From the NCBI GenBank assembly GCA_951406725.2, contig OX597821.1:99014001-99078000 (forward strand): 64,000 nucleotides of DNA. The letters are read 5' to 3'. Position numbers and translations under genes: made by a program. Origin of the DNA: Octopus vulgaris. Taxonomy: Eukaryota. The notes under the pieces are model-generated. The model searched no databases. It saw nothing but the letters and a program-made list of their open reading frames with translations, and was not told the origin of the DNA. Below, piece after piece: positions 28,923 to 42,335 of this stretch (position 1 is its first letter; each line of letters begins with the position of its first letter).

Positions 28923-29422
28923 CGAAATGCATGTGCATCTCGTGGAGGTTATGGGTAGAAAAATCAACTCGAACCGCGTTCCTGACATTCGTAATTTGGA
29001 CGCATCAGGTATGACCTGATTATCAGCAGCACAGAGAGAACAAGCTATCGGACAAAGATTACAACATAAATATACATTCTCAAGAAAATATTCCACTGAA
29101 CTTTTCAATAATTCCTTCTGGAAACTATCTTTAACATTTTCTTGAGATTGTATATTTATGTTGCAATCTTTTGTGCCCAATATTTTAAGGAACTTGTTAA
29201 ACTTTCTTATGTCCTTAACATGTTCTTGTTACCAAAGACTGTATATATGTAATGTAGCATTTTGTAACAATCAATAATTAACACAACCAAACTTTTACAT
29301 GTTACTTTTGACAATCTTTTTCCAAAGAGTGAAACCGGTAAAGTAAATAAACATCTTTTAAAATTGCATTTTCAAACCTTCTTTCGTATATAATTCCACT
29401 CGTGCGGTACCCTACAACTCCA

Positions 29423-29463
<41 letters not shown>

Positions 29464-29482
29464 TGATATAGACAATATATAT

Positions 29483-29730
29483 AGGCGTGGCTGTGTAGTA
29501 AGAAGCTTGCTTCCCAACCACATGATTCCGGGTTCAGTTCCACTGCTTGGTACCTTGGGCAAGTATCTTCTACTATAGCCTCGGGCCGAGCCCGTAACTT
29601 AGCGGTTCGGCAAAATAGACCGATGGAATAAGTACCGGGCTCACAAAGATTAAGTCCTGGGGTTGATTTGTTATACCAAAGTAGTATTCCAGCATGGCCA
29701 CAGTCAAAATGACTGAAACAAGTACAAGAA
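29483..29730 (+). mobile_element. SINE family A, internally deleted
   Basis: Head fused directly to the 3' body. Confidence 0.85.
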
Positions 29731-29753
29731 CACATATATATGTGTGCGTGTGT

Positions 29754-29797
<44 letters not shown>

Positions 29798-31609
29798 AAC
29801 ACGTGCGCATGTGTGTGTGTGCGAAAATATGATTGTGAAGGTCTCGAAAAATCAGCCTAATGTATTATTGGAGGGATGGAGGTGTACTAAAGCAAATATA
29901 ACGGATTAATAAAGAAACTTGAAAAAATCCTTAATAATAAAAGAAAAACTTCAGCATTATTGCTTTAATATAATATGTTTGGCAGAAAAACTGTTTCTCA
30001 TTTTCATACACACAGACGCGGGCGCGCGCTCACAGCCACAGCGAAAAAGGTACTGGGTTGGGAACTTAAGAAAAGCAGTCAACCCTGGATATCAGAGGAT
30101 ATCAGTGGATATCTAGAACAGGATGGGTAAGAAACTCTCACTCAGAGCGGCACGTTTGCTTTCGGAGGAGAATGAACAGAGACACAGTACAACGCCAAGC
30201 CAGAAGTGACAAGGTCTTCTGTTTAGAAAGACCGCTTTGAGATGTGGAAGAAGGTCTTTGCCATGATAATTCCATAAAGACCTATACATTCGGTTTACAT
30301 CCCAATAAATTTGTTTGACCGCTTAGAGAAAGAATAGACTGAATTTAACAAAACAAGAACTTTATATCAACAACAGTCTATAGTGTATGTAGTTACTCCT
30401 AGACAAATAATCTACTACGTATATGGGCCCTGGTAACAGCAACCAAATACCCTCAAATTATATTCAACAATTTTTAAAGCTAGTTTGTTACTTGATATTA
30501 AAAAAAAAAATTAAGATTGGAACAGTTGGGACAATTTTGATCATGAGCTTGTTCAGTCACAAGTCTTCCGTAACTATATTGTCATTAGTCAAAATGTAAT
30601 ATATAGGATATTTGTCTTCAGACTAGACACGAAACTTTTCTTTGCTACTTGTTTATCTTATTTAGATATTTGCATGTTGGATTCTGGTTCTTAGATTTGT
30701 TTATTTAAGAATTCCTTGACCCTCTTGATTCAAGTTTTTACTTTCATGCCAATGCTAAGAATATAAACAATTTCTAAGTGATCGTTTCATCAACTTTTTT
30801 TTCTTTTGCTTTCTACAATAAAAGTGCACTCCAGAAAGAAAAAGATTTGGTATTCCTTCAACGTATCTTTAAATGTTAACTATGGAAAGACCTTTAATTA
30901 TGTTCATCATAGGATAATAGTTTGGCTCCTACGACAATCACTTTATTCACTAGGTTACAACTCAAAGTTAATTAAAACTCAGAATTCGTACAGCATTAAC
31001 CGCCTAGTAAAGTTGGTACAGTTCACTAGCTAGACCATAAAAACTTAATGATGGAATGTAACACTTGCAAGTTTATACTTTTCAATATTAACATTTAATA
31101 TTGTAATGATAAGATATAGACTTTTATTTTATGAATGAAAATACCATTTGACATTTTGCAAATGTTTCATTGACTGAGTATCAGAAGAAACTATTCTCGT
31201 TAAATGATTTTTTGCAGGTGTTCTGAAGGACTTTTGTCGAGTATCAATACTTTTTAAACTTTTGCTCAATAAATTTAGAGACTTGGTCGAATGAATAAAA
31301 TGTTGAACAATTAGCGCTCAAGCCGTGACATTTCACGTCTAAAGACATTTCGTTGTATTGCACCTCTCCGTTCACTTAGTTGTCGCACCCTTCATCATAG
31401 GTTCGATCTGATAACTAAACCAGCAACACCATTTCTAAGACGTAACTCTCCAGTAAGCCATTTCCCTTTGAAAACCTCTTGTAGTAATTGGAAAGTAAAT
31501 AACTGTATTGTTCTCTTCATTCTTTTCTATCGTAAATGATGCAAGCGATTAAAAATCCCCAAAATTGCAGGGTACAGTTGAAATCAGTATGCTGGCAAAA
31601 CATGAGAAA

Positions 31610-32250
31610 TCTATATATATAAAACTCAACTTGTGTGTCTCTGTGTGTATCTCTGTGTGTTTAACTTCCCGGCACATCTCCTCCTAGCCAACAAATCGTA
31701 GAACCACCAAAAATGGGTCACTTAAAGTTTAGGCGAATGAAAATTGAACTGCGCTATTTCTGTTCCGAAATTCATCTCGCATGTGCAAAAATCGATAATG
31801 TGTTTGTTTAGGCCTTATCCTATGCATTGAATAGTGAACTTTACTCAGTCAGCTGTTTAACGTGAACTGTGTTCACCACGCGTGCAAGCATGCGTAAATT
31901 GCATGAAAAATAAAAAATCAAGATATAAAAACGAATCGCCGTAAACATTGTAGAAATTCGGCAAAGAAATGAATTTTCGGGATGTAGCCTGGAGGATTTT
32001 TTCGTATTAATCGTTTGGACTTTGTGAACACATACCAATTGTTTTCATAACATTTTTAACGCTTTGAATTAAATGTGACCATTTTGCGTTGAGTCTGCAG
32101 TTTGAATCACTTTAACCAAATTTTAGCTGGCCGGATTTTTGATCATCACGATACATCGGCAGCGACTCCCTGAAACTCTCCCCTGAAATCCCCGTTGAGA
32201 AATCTATATATATGAAACTCAACTTGTGTGTCTGTGTGTTTAACTTTTGG
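31610..32250 (+). mobile_element. Helitron 5' portion(s)
   Basis: A|TCTATATATAT(A/G)AAACTCAACTTGTGTGTC occurs at 31610 and again at 32203. Confidence 0.6.
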
Positions 32251-32296
32251 ATCTACCAAGTTTCATTATTAAGGATGGAAAGTAGTGTGTAGCAAA

Positions 32297-32682
32297 TCTA
32301 TATATATAAAGCTGTTGTCTGTGTGTGGCAGGTTTGGTAGCCTTCAACTAACACTATCTCCTTCGAGACCCTGCAGCGCAAGTTGACCAAAATTGAGAGT
32401 ATGATAGAAGAAGGCTTGCTCTTCATTCTGTAGAAGATAAAATTCAAATCGGACCATGTTAACACCAAAAATTATTTACATCAAAAAGGTGCTTTTTTTC
32501 AATGCAAATCCCTATTTTTTACGATTTTTGACTGCAGTGTCACCATTTTTCGGTGTATTTCAACTGGAAAAATGTTCACTTGAAGAGAATAACAAGTTGC
32601 ATAATGCATAATTTTTACTTTTTAAAAATTCCAATTCTAAAGGGTCGAAACAAACCCAAGCAACACCGAGTGATACTGCTAG
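32297..32682 (+). mobile_element. Non-autonomous Helitron
   Basis: A|TCTATATATATAAAGCTG...AAACCCAAGCAACACCGAGTGATACTGCTAG|T. Confidence 0.85.
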
Positions 32683-33215
32683 TAAATAAATAAAAAAAAC
32701 TCATTAATTGAACTCTAGCGCTGAAGTTATTTGATGTAAACTGTACATATAGCATGGTATAGGTACAGCTTATTGGTTGAGTCGTATGTTCGGAGCGTGA
32801 ATTACAGAGGAAATGTAAAGCTGATAGTCATGAGTCGATGTCCTAACAGTGTTACTCTTTACGACTTTCAACTGCAATAAGTTTTTGGTGAGTTATATGC
32901 TCTACTGAACAAAATCAATTAAACTATACAAAGTGTTCTTTCAAAATGATGTTCGATTAAGGTACGCGCGCACACACACACACACACATCCAAACAAGTA
33001 CAATTTTAATACGTGTGTACGTGTATGTGTGCGTGCGTGCGTGCGTGCGTGCGTGCGTGTATGCGTGCGTGTGTGGTGGGTGTTTGAATGCACTTCACAT
33101 TGTAAATCAGAAGGACTGAAATTCATAATAGAAGACTTAGCTCCAAAGGTAAGAATATATCAGAATACAAGCACATTCATCTAAGCTTTTGATGTGGCAT
33201 AGAAAAGAACCCGAA

Positions 33216-33268
<53 letters not shown>

Positions 33269-33276
33269 AACCCGAA

Positions 33277-33344
<68 letters not shown>

Positions 33345-33539
33345 GTAGTAGTAACAGAAAGAGGAATTTCGGTTGTCCCCACGTGGTGACTTGCAATGTA
33401 AGAAAAAATATATATTCATATAAATTAAACATTATATCATGAATAGCGATAGCGAAACCGGTCGATATATTAAAAATTATATTAAAACCATGTAAGTGTG
33501 CGTATTTTCCTTTTTTAATTTCTTATATATATATATATT

Positions 33540-33878
33540 GAAACCCCCTTCCGTCATGACTGAACATGGGATTGCACCTAGAAAGTTACCCTCCCAGGCA
33601 CAAGTTCGGGCAAGGTTGCTTATGGAAGACCAACAGTCACCCATGCATACCGGCCTCCCCTCTCCACACCACCAGTGTTATCCAAGGGAAAGGCAAAGGG
33701 GCCGATACAGCTTGGCATCTGTGACGTCACAACTCATTTCTACAGCTGAGTGAACTGGAGCAACGTGAAATAAAGCGTCTTGCTCAAGAACTCAACACGC
33801 TGCCCGGTCCGGGATTCGAACTCACAACTTCACGATCGTAAGATCGACGCTCTAACCACTGAGCTATGTGCCTTCGCA
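33540..33878 (-). mobile_element. tRNA-derived SINE family C
   Basis: Minus-strand head GCGAAGGCACATAGCTCAGTGGTTAGAGC..GAGTTCGAATCCCGG (A and B boxes), followed by a SINE core-like body. Confidence 0.85.
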
Positions 33879-34169
33879 TATATATATATGGTATGTGTGT
33901 GTGTGCGCGCGCGCATGTATGCAGAAAGAAGCGCACATGAAATGAGCGTACATCTTTTAATGCGCGAGTGTATGGTAATTTTATTTATATATCTATATCA
34001 GCAGTTGATTCGGTATATGTTATAATCGTTTAAATGGACCGTGTACTCAACTGGTACTTTATCGAGATTTGAACTTTGAACATAAATATAACGATTTAGC
34101 ACTCTCTTCTCAATAAAACAACAGTGATTACTAACAGATGCTCATGGTCATATATTTGGGAAGAATATA

Positions 34170-34385
34170 TATATTTCTTTACTGCCCACAAGAGGCTAAA
34201 CACAGAGAGGACAAAGAGGGACAGACAAACGGATTAAGTCGATTACATTGACCCCAGTGCGTAACTGGTATTTAATTTATCGACCCCGAAAGGATGAAAG
34301 GCAAAGTCGACCTCGGCGGAATTTGAACTCAGAAGGTAACGGCAGACGAAATACCGCTACGCATTTCGCCCGGCGTGCTAACGTT
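34170..34385 (-). mobile_element. SINE family B
   Basis: Family match. Confidence 0.88.
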
Positions 34386-34509
34386 TATTTTCGGAAGAAT
34401 ATAGTCGGTTGTAATATCTCCAGTAGACGAATAGTACTTATTTTATTCACCCCAGAAAGATAAAAGGTAAAAACGATGTCGGCGGCTCTTGAACTTGATA
34501 AAACTAAAT

Positions 34510-34700
34510 AATCCTCCTAAAGGGACAAGGCCTGCACTTTTGGGGAGTGGACAGTGTTTCACCGGTACTTAATTTATCAACCCCAAAAGAATGAAAGACA
34601 AAATCGACCCCGGCGGAATTTGCACTCAGAACGTAGGGACGGATGAAATACCGTTAAGTGTTTTGCCCAGCGTGCTAAAGATTGTGCCAGCTCGCCGCCT
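34510..34700 (-). mobile_element. SINE family B, diverged
   Basis: Family match. Confidence 0.8.
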
Positions 34701-34793
34701 TTGAACTCAATAATGGAAGTTATTTTAGCTCACCATTGTGTTATAAGACTAAGGACAAAAAGGGTGTATGTGCGCGCGCAATTATATGAAGGT

Positions 34794-34840
<47 letters not shown>

Positions 34841-35143
34841 ATTTTGTGATAGGAAAGTATAATGGTATAATCCTAGAACTGAGATATAAGACCAAAATAT
34901 TTCGTAACAAAATATTTTATAGCAAAATACAAAACATTTTAACTCACCACACCTATATTACCGGTGAGATATGTTTTTCTTTTTACACGTATTTTTACAA
35001 ATGTTCATAGGAGCCAGCTACACATATGTCCCTCACGCTTTCTTTCTTTCTTTCTTTCTTTCTTTCTCATCCTCTCTCACACATACGCGCGCGCGCTCAC
35101 AGACGCACGTACACACACACACACACACACTCACTCGCTCTCA

Positions 35144-35190
<47 letters not shown>

Positions 35191-35528
35191 AAACAAACAC
35201 TAACACACTCGGGCACATTCAATTAACTTCGAGTTAATTATTGAAAGAATGTTTTTGACGGTATTTTTCTACTTTATAAATATTCGATACATGCTTATTT
35301 GTATATTTGTGAAGAGAGCTAGATAGCTTACTGCCCCACATAATCTGTTGTAGTAGATAAGACACTAAAATGTAGTCAAAGGCACGGATGTACATTACTG
35401 CATGCTAGCATGATGTTGTGCTTTTATTTCTTTACTTTCTAGACTGCGCATGAAATCATGCACCTGCATCTATTTTGTATACATATATACACTTTAAAAA
35501 TATACATAAAGTTAGTGAGTCATTAACA

Positions 35529-35945
35529 ACTCTTTACTCTTTTATTTGTTTCAGTCATTTGACTGCGGCCATGCTGGAGCACCGCCTTTAATCGAGCAAC
35601 TCGACCCCGGGACTTATTCTTTTGTAAGCCCAGTACTCATTCTATCGGTCTCTTTTTGCCGAACCGCTAAGTAACGGAGACATAAACACACCAGCATCGG
35701 CTGTCAAGCAGTGCTAGGGGGACAAACACAGACACACAAACACACACACGCATATATACATATATATATATACATATATACGACGGGCTTCTATCAGTTT
35801 CCGTCTACCAAATCCACTCACAAGGCTTTGGTCGGCCCGAGGCTATAATAGAAGAGACTTGCCCAAGGTGCCACGCAGTGGGACTGAACCCGGAACCATG
35901 TGGTTGGTAAACAAGCTACTTACCACTCAGCCACTCCAGCGCCTA
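35529..35945 (-). mobile_element. SINE family A
   Basis: Full-length match. Confidence 0.92.
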
Positions 35946-35979
35946 TATATTTGCATCACTTCCTGCATACATGTATACA

Positions 35980-36390
35980 CATTTCTTTACTACCCACACG
36001 GGGCTAAACACAGAGAGGACAACAATGACAGACAAACAGATTAAGTCGATTATATCGACTCCAGTACGTAACTGGTACTTATTTAATCGACCCCGAAAGG
36101 ATGAAAGGCAAAGTCGACCTCGGCGGAATTTGACCTCAGAACGTAGCGGCAGACGAAATACCTATTTCTTTATTACCCACAAGGGGCTAAACACAGAGGG
36201 AACAAACAAGGACAGACATAGGTATTAAGTCGATTACATCGACCCCAGTGCGTAACTGGTACTTAATTTATCGACCCCGAAAGGATGAAAGGCAAAGTCG
36301 ACCTCGGCGGAATTTGACCTCAGAACGTAGCGGCAGACGAAATACCGAGAAGCATTTCGCCCAGCGTTGCTAACGTTTCTGCCAGCTCGT
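35980..36390 (-). mobile_element. SINE family B, head-to-tail dimer
   Basis: Two tandem units, junction at about 36160. Confidence 0.88.
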
Positions 36391-36463
36391 GTGTGTCTGT
36401 AGTCTGCATACATGTATACAGACGACAGACACACACGCAGACACATTAATTATTCAACATATA

Positions 36464-36680
36464 AAGGCGGTGAAGTGACAAAATCCTTAGCATCCCGGAC
36501 AAAAAGCTCAGCGGCATTTCTTCCGGCTTTACGTTTTCAATTCAAATTCCGCCGAGGTGGACATTATTTTTCATCCTTCGGAGTCGACAAATAAAGTGGG
36601 AATCATTTACTGGAGTCGATGTAATCGACTTGCTCCTCCTTTAAAATTGCTGGCTTTGTGCTAAAATATGAAACAATTAT
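36464..36680 (+). mobile_element. SINE family B, old copy
   Basis: Diverged family match. Confidence 0.7.
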
Positions 36681-36799
36681 TATTCTACATACAGCTTGCA
36701 CTGTACGACACTTCCTTTATCAGCTGAAGATTGGAGATCGGAACAGCGTCTCTTCTCCCACAGTATCATGCAGTATTGATTTTACCAGGAAATTCCAAG

Positions 36800-37392
36800 G
36801 TTAGTTAGTTAGTTAATTTTTTGGCTCAAAAAGCAAAAAGCAAGGCCATGTAGGAGGACACGGAGTTATGCACATGTAAAGAGTTCAGGCCACTTGTGGT
36901 CAAGGGAGACTTTGAACCGAGCGGTCGTCGGCATCTTCACTATCTCGTCCGGCAGCTTATTCCACGAATCCGCAACCCGGACGGAGAAAGCCCCTCTCCT
37001 TCGATTGAGATGAAATCATAGCAGATAGAGCTTTTCGGAATGACCCCGCAGCCGACGCTCTGGAGCAGGAGTGAAGAACAGCTCTTTCAAGAGGTTACAC
37101 TTTCCGCTTATGATGTTGTGAGCAAGAATGAGATCACCATGGCGTCGTCGTTTTTCTAGAGAATAAAGGTCGAGCGTCTTCAGCCTTTCTTCATAAGACA
37201 AATTCTTGAGACCATGAACCATGCGGGTAGCCATCTTCTGGACTCTTTCGAGATGCTGTATGTCTTTGAGGAGATAAGAAGAAGAGGCTTGAATCCCGTA
37301 CTCCAATATGGGTCCCACCAGCGTGACATAGAGCGGTAGGAATATGACTGCTGTGAGCATTCCGAATGACCGTCGAATCAAGAACAGAACAT
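36800..37392 (-). mobile_element. CR1-clade LINE 3' end
   Basis: 'LYVTLVGPILEYG..LERVQKMATRMVHGLKNLSYEERLKTLDLYSLEKRR..GDLI..LRGHSEKL', with a (CTAA)n tail. Confidence 0.9.
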
Positions 37393-37591
37393 TTTCTAAT
37401 CCTGTGTCCATTGTTTAAATTATTACCTTAAAGTTAGACATTAGCGGGCACTATTCTTATAGGGTTGTTTGGGCCCACGATGTGATGAACTTTCTCCTGC
37501 GTCATTACTGGTGTATTTACTCCAGTCATGAAGTAAGTGCGGAGGTACGTTAGTGTAAAGGTAACACGTTCGTCGGAATACATAGAGGTGT

Positions 37592-37886
37592 AAGGCGGCG
37601 AACTGGCAGAAACGTCGGGCGAAATGCTTAGCGGTATTTCGTCTGCCGTTACGTTCTGAGTCCAAATTCCGCCGAGGTCGACTTTGCCTTTCATCCTTTC
37701 GGGGTCCATTAAATAAGTACCAGTTATGCAATGGAGTCGATATAATCGACTTAATCCGTTTCTCTGTCTTTGTTTGTTCCCTCTGTGTTTAGCCCCTTGT
37801 GGGTAGTAAAGAAATAAGTATTTCGTCTGTCGTTACGTTTTGAGTTCAAATTCCGCCGAGGTCGACTTTGCCTTTTATCCTTTCGG
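37592..37886 (+). mobile_element. SINE family B with partial second unit
   Basis: Family match, second unit from about 37817. Confidence 0.88.
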
Positions 37887-37889
37887 ATA

Positions 37890-39648
37890 CTCAGGTAACA
37901 CAGTTAATATCCAATTAGGTTAATATCAAGAGAAGGATTTTCCAATGAGATTTGTTAACCCCCTTTAATATTAATCTTATGTTTGATACCCCTCAACTTA
38001 GGAAGGCAAAGGTAGGGTACCAGTTCAGAAATAGTAAGGGAAAATTAACCGTTTGCTCTACATTATTACCAATATCTACATTAACCATATTAACCATTAC
38101 TAACCATATCTACATTATTAACCATTTGCTCTACATGGATGATTTGAAACTTTTTAGTAAGAATGAAAAAGAGATTCCTTGATACAGACTGTAAAACTCT
38201 TCAGCAAAGATATAGGTATGGAATTTGGCAAGGAAAAGTGTGCAATATTAGTCATGAAAAGGGGACAGGTAGTCAATAGCGAAGGCATCCAATTACCAGA
38301 TGGCCAGACATTAAAAACGTTTAAAGAAATAGAGAGTTATAAATATCTAGGAGTATTAGAATCTGACAGAATACAATAGAAATGAAAACGAAAATTGAGA
38401 AGTACATCAGAAAGGTAAGTCAAAGCTAAATGGTCCGAATGTAGTGAAGGCTGAAAATACTTGGGCATTATTATTACTTAGATACTCAGCAGCTTTTGTA
38501 GATTGGACAAAAACTGAATTAGCAAAGCTAGACAGAAAAACTAGAACGGAATTCCTTATGAATGGAGGGCTCCATTCAAGGACAGGAGTAGCAAGACTAT
38601 ATTTATCTAGAAAGGGAGGTGGAAGAGGTTTAATATCAGTAGAAGACTGCGTGGAGTTAGCTAGAGCAGATATAGACTCCTATGTAAGTAATAGCGAAGA
38701 AAGTTTATTAACAGCTGCTAGAGTTACAGCAAGACATTGGAAACCAAAAAAAAACAAACGAAGTAAATAACCATAAAAAAGAACAAAAGTTATCTGACTG
38801 ACAGGAGAAGGCATGGTAGATACCCAAAGATATTTGTAACAAATAGTAGTAGAGAGACATGGTTATGGTTGCAGAAAGGAAAGCTGAAAAGAGAAACAAA
38901 AAGTTTGTTAGAAGCAGCACAAGATCAAGGATTAAAGACTGATTGGACAAAACCCAAGATAGACAAAAACCAAATAGATTCCCAATGTAGGCTATGCAAA
39001 TCAAAAGAGGAAAGCGTTACTCATATAGTAACTGAATGTAGCATGCTGGCACAGAGAGAATACAAGAAAAGACATGACAACCTAGGGAGAGTAATCCACT
39101 GGGATTTATGTAGATACTAAGATTTGAACATAGTGATAAATGGTATGAACATGAACCTAGTAAAGTACTAGAAAGTAAGAAATATAAGATGTTGTGAGAC
39201 TTTAAAATTCAGACGGACAGAGTAATAAAAGCTAGAAGGCCTGATTTAGTAGTAGTAGATAAAGAGAATAGAAAGAGCCACATAATTGACTTTACTGTCC
39301 CAAATGATGAAAAAATCAATATGAGAGGTATAGAAAAAATGGCCATTGAATTACAGAGACTATGGAAGGTCTGGGTAAAATGTATCCCAGTATTTGTAGG
39401 TGCACTGAGAACTATCCCTAAAGATTTGAACAGATAGATAGAGGAAACAGGGATAAAACCCAATTTAGTACTGCTCCAGAAAAGAGTGTTATAAGGGGCA
39501 GCTAGGATACGTAGGAGGGGTCGTAGCATCTAAGGTTATTTGTTGTAGCCCGATGCTAGGAATCTTTTTTCTCCAATTGCCTAATCTGTTGTGTATAATA
39601 ATAATAATGATGATGATGATGATGATAACAATAATAATAATGATGATG

Positions 39649-39679
<31 letters not shown>

Positions 39680-39680
39680 T
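37890..39680 (+). mobile_element. R4/Dong-like LINE 3' half (RT end, CCHC, RLE endonuclease) with (TAA)n tail
   Basis: Motifs INHLLYMDDLKLF, CRLCKSKEESVTHIVTEC..YKKRHD and FKIQTDRVIKARRPDLVVVDK..IIDFTVP. Confidence 0.9.
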
Positions 39681-39682
39681 AA

Positions 39683-39714
<32 letters not shown>

Positions 39715-39959
39715 GTTGTTGTTGCTGTTGTTGTTATTGTTACTAAGTAGCATTAGCATTACTTTTAATTCTTTTTCATATATAAACAGAGCCTCAAACA
39801 GGTAAACGTTTGGAGAAATACTTTATTAATTACCAGTATATCTATCTATCTATCTGTCTGTCTGTCTGTCTTTCTATTTATGTATATCTATATATATATA
39901 TATAGATATATATAGATATATAAACATTGTTGTGTTTTTTTGTGCTTTCTTGTTTGGAT

Positions 39960-40022
<63 letters not shown>

Positions 40023-40542
40023 TAGCACCAGGCATAATATATTAAGTACCAAGAACTGAGTCGATTTGTTTGATTAAAATTCTTCATGGTGACTGCAGTC
40101 TGATGACTCAACAAGATTTAAAAAACCCTACTAAATTCTTTAGTAAAACGTAAAGCTAAGGAAAGCATCTCTTGTACTATGGCTTTGAAACATCTCACGG
40201 TCGCTTTATCTGCTAGAAATAGCAACCCAAATGCTTTTAAAGCAGATGCCAATGCTGGATGTTCAAGAACCAAATGAAAGACAGATTTTCAATCCTGGCA
40301 TTATCTTGATTCCAAAAAGGTTTAATATGTCTATGTAGAGCAAATGTAGATTGACATACAGGAGTCCCAGACGGACAGACAGAATTTTGCTTTTATTAAT
40401 GTAGATATAATCGTTACTAAGTGTGACCGAAGCACCTACGTTGCCAGGAATAAGAGTTAAAATACTCTTAATGTTGTAAGAAAAGCGCAAATATATACAT
40501 ATACTGAAAGGAGAGGTAACTGCCCCATGACTGTCTCTAGGA

Positions 40543-40592
40543 TCACCAGCTAGGCCTAGTTTCGTCTATACCGTAGGCATCGTCAGTGGTGA
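40543..40592 (-). ncRNA. Hammerhead ribozyme motif (U16.1 apparently deleted) inside a small foldback element
   Basis: TCACCA-CTGACGA-T-GCCTA..TAGAC-GAAA-CTAGGCCTAG-C-TGGTGA. Confidence 0.7.
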
Positions 40593-40817
40593 CTGCTCAA
40601 ACGGGTGATGGTCGTCAGTATATAGATATTATATATATATATATATGTTCTCTTTTTACAGCATTAAGAGTATTTCATTTTCTCTTACTCTCATTTGTTA
40701 TATTCTCGACGGACACGGAGGAATTCCTGAAACAAACCCAGTGGCAGTTATATCCATACTGTTGATGGCATCAGGTACCCGCAGACAGTGAAGGGGCTTT
40801 AATCGGTTAACTACCAG

Positions 40818-40904
<87 letters not shown>

Positions 40905-40909
40905 TGAAT

Positions 40910-41304
40910 ACATAGCATAGCATAGGATATGCTGATGATGCGTCGTTATTGACAGACAGCAGTGAGAAATTACAAGAATTTGATCATGTAAAAGAGTAAA
41001 GTGACAAGAAGGTCTAAATATCAATAAAGATGGATATAAAAAAAAGAAAACGACAACGGTAAGACAGAACAAAAGGGAGCAAATATAAAGGTAGATGGAC
41101 AGAAATAAAAAAAAAAACTTGAAATATTTAGGGCGAATAATAAATCAAGAAAGTGTCTGTGAAGAAGTTACTCAAAGAATAAATAAGACTAAAACAAAAT
41201 TTATCAGAATGAAAAATATTTTCGCCTCAGAAGACACAACACTACTTCTAACATAGAGGCTAGTAAACTGTTATATTACGCCACACAACTATAGAGAAGA
41301 AACA
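40910..41304 (+). mobile_element. Old RTE-like LINE RT fragment
   Basis: Motifs 'IGYADDASLLTDSSEKLQE' and 'KYLGRII'. Confidence 0.6.
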
Positions 41305-41975
41305 GGATCTTCACCTTTTGACCGACAGATTTAAAAGATTATTTTTTTGTAACTAAACACTTTCAAACATCGGACACTGGTAGAACTGGTAGAATGTGTC
41401 ATATAAAACATTTTTTACTCTTAGCATTTTTGAGAAAAACTTATACTTACGAAGTTATTTCACGTTAAAGTTGTCCTATTTCGGTAATTTCAACCAGTCA
41501 ATGACGTGTATTCAGCTGAATAAAATTACTGCCGTTGTTTGTCAACAACAACTATCGGCGATGTATATTTCGTTTGTCACTGTTATTTATGACATCGTTC
41601 GTGCGTTTGTACTGTTTTTAGCTTTAAGGTTTTAGTGTTAGGGTTTGGGGGTTAGGGTTTTAGGGTTAGGGTTTTAGAGTTAGTGTGAGGGTTAGGGTTG
41701 TCATAAATAACAGTGACAAATGAAATATACACCACCGGAAGTTCTTGTTGACAAACAACAGCAGTAATTTTATTCAACTGAATACACGTCATTGATTGGT
41801 TGAAATTACCGAAATACAACTTTAACGTGAAATAACTTCGTAAGTATAAGTTTTTCTCAAAAACGCTAAGAATAAAAGATGTTTTATATGACACATTCTA
41901 CCAGTGTCCGAAGTTTGAAAGTGTTTAGTTACAAAAAATTATTTTTTAAATTTATCGGTCAAAAGGTAAAGATCC
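41305..41975. mobile_element. Foldback DNA transposon/MITE with about 290-bp TIRs, TTAGGG-like core and 8-bp TSD
   Basis: AAGAAACA|GGATCTT...AAAGATCC|AAGAAACA. The centre has TTAGGG and TTTTAGGG variants. Confidence 0.9.
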
Positions 41976-42115
41976 AAGAAACATACAAAAAACTGGAGCG
42001 TTCTTGCAAGCTGTCTCCTGGATAGAGGGAGGGCACCTGGCTGGTGGTTAATATACAGTTGCATACATACATACATACATACATACATACATACATACAT
42101 ACATACATACATACA

Positions 42116-42151
<36 letters not shown>

Positions 42152-42303
42152 TATGCATAATATATATGTATGTATGTATGTATGTCATTATTCAGTTTTA
42201 TTTCAAGATTTCTTGCCAACAGAGAAAGGGCTAGATCATTGGAATTTCAACAACAACAGGGTATTTTTGTATGTCTGTATGTGCAGATTTGTATGCTTCG
42301 TTT

Positions 42304-42335
<32 letters not shown>

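Noticed and set aside
28809-29180. 123-aa minus-strand ORF as a gene
   Set aside because: It has a non-ATG start and no recognisable domain or splice support.
33800-33878. tRNA gene
   Set aside because: It is a tRNA-like head that continues into a SINE body, with no clean acceptor stem or terminator.
36720-36760. CTGAAGA..GGAAC hammerhead-like motif
   Set aside because: No GAAA and no convincing stems.
41620-41700. True telomere or chromosome-fusion site
   Set aside because: The repeats are short and degenerate and sit inside a TSD-bounded foldback transposon.
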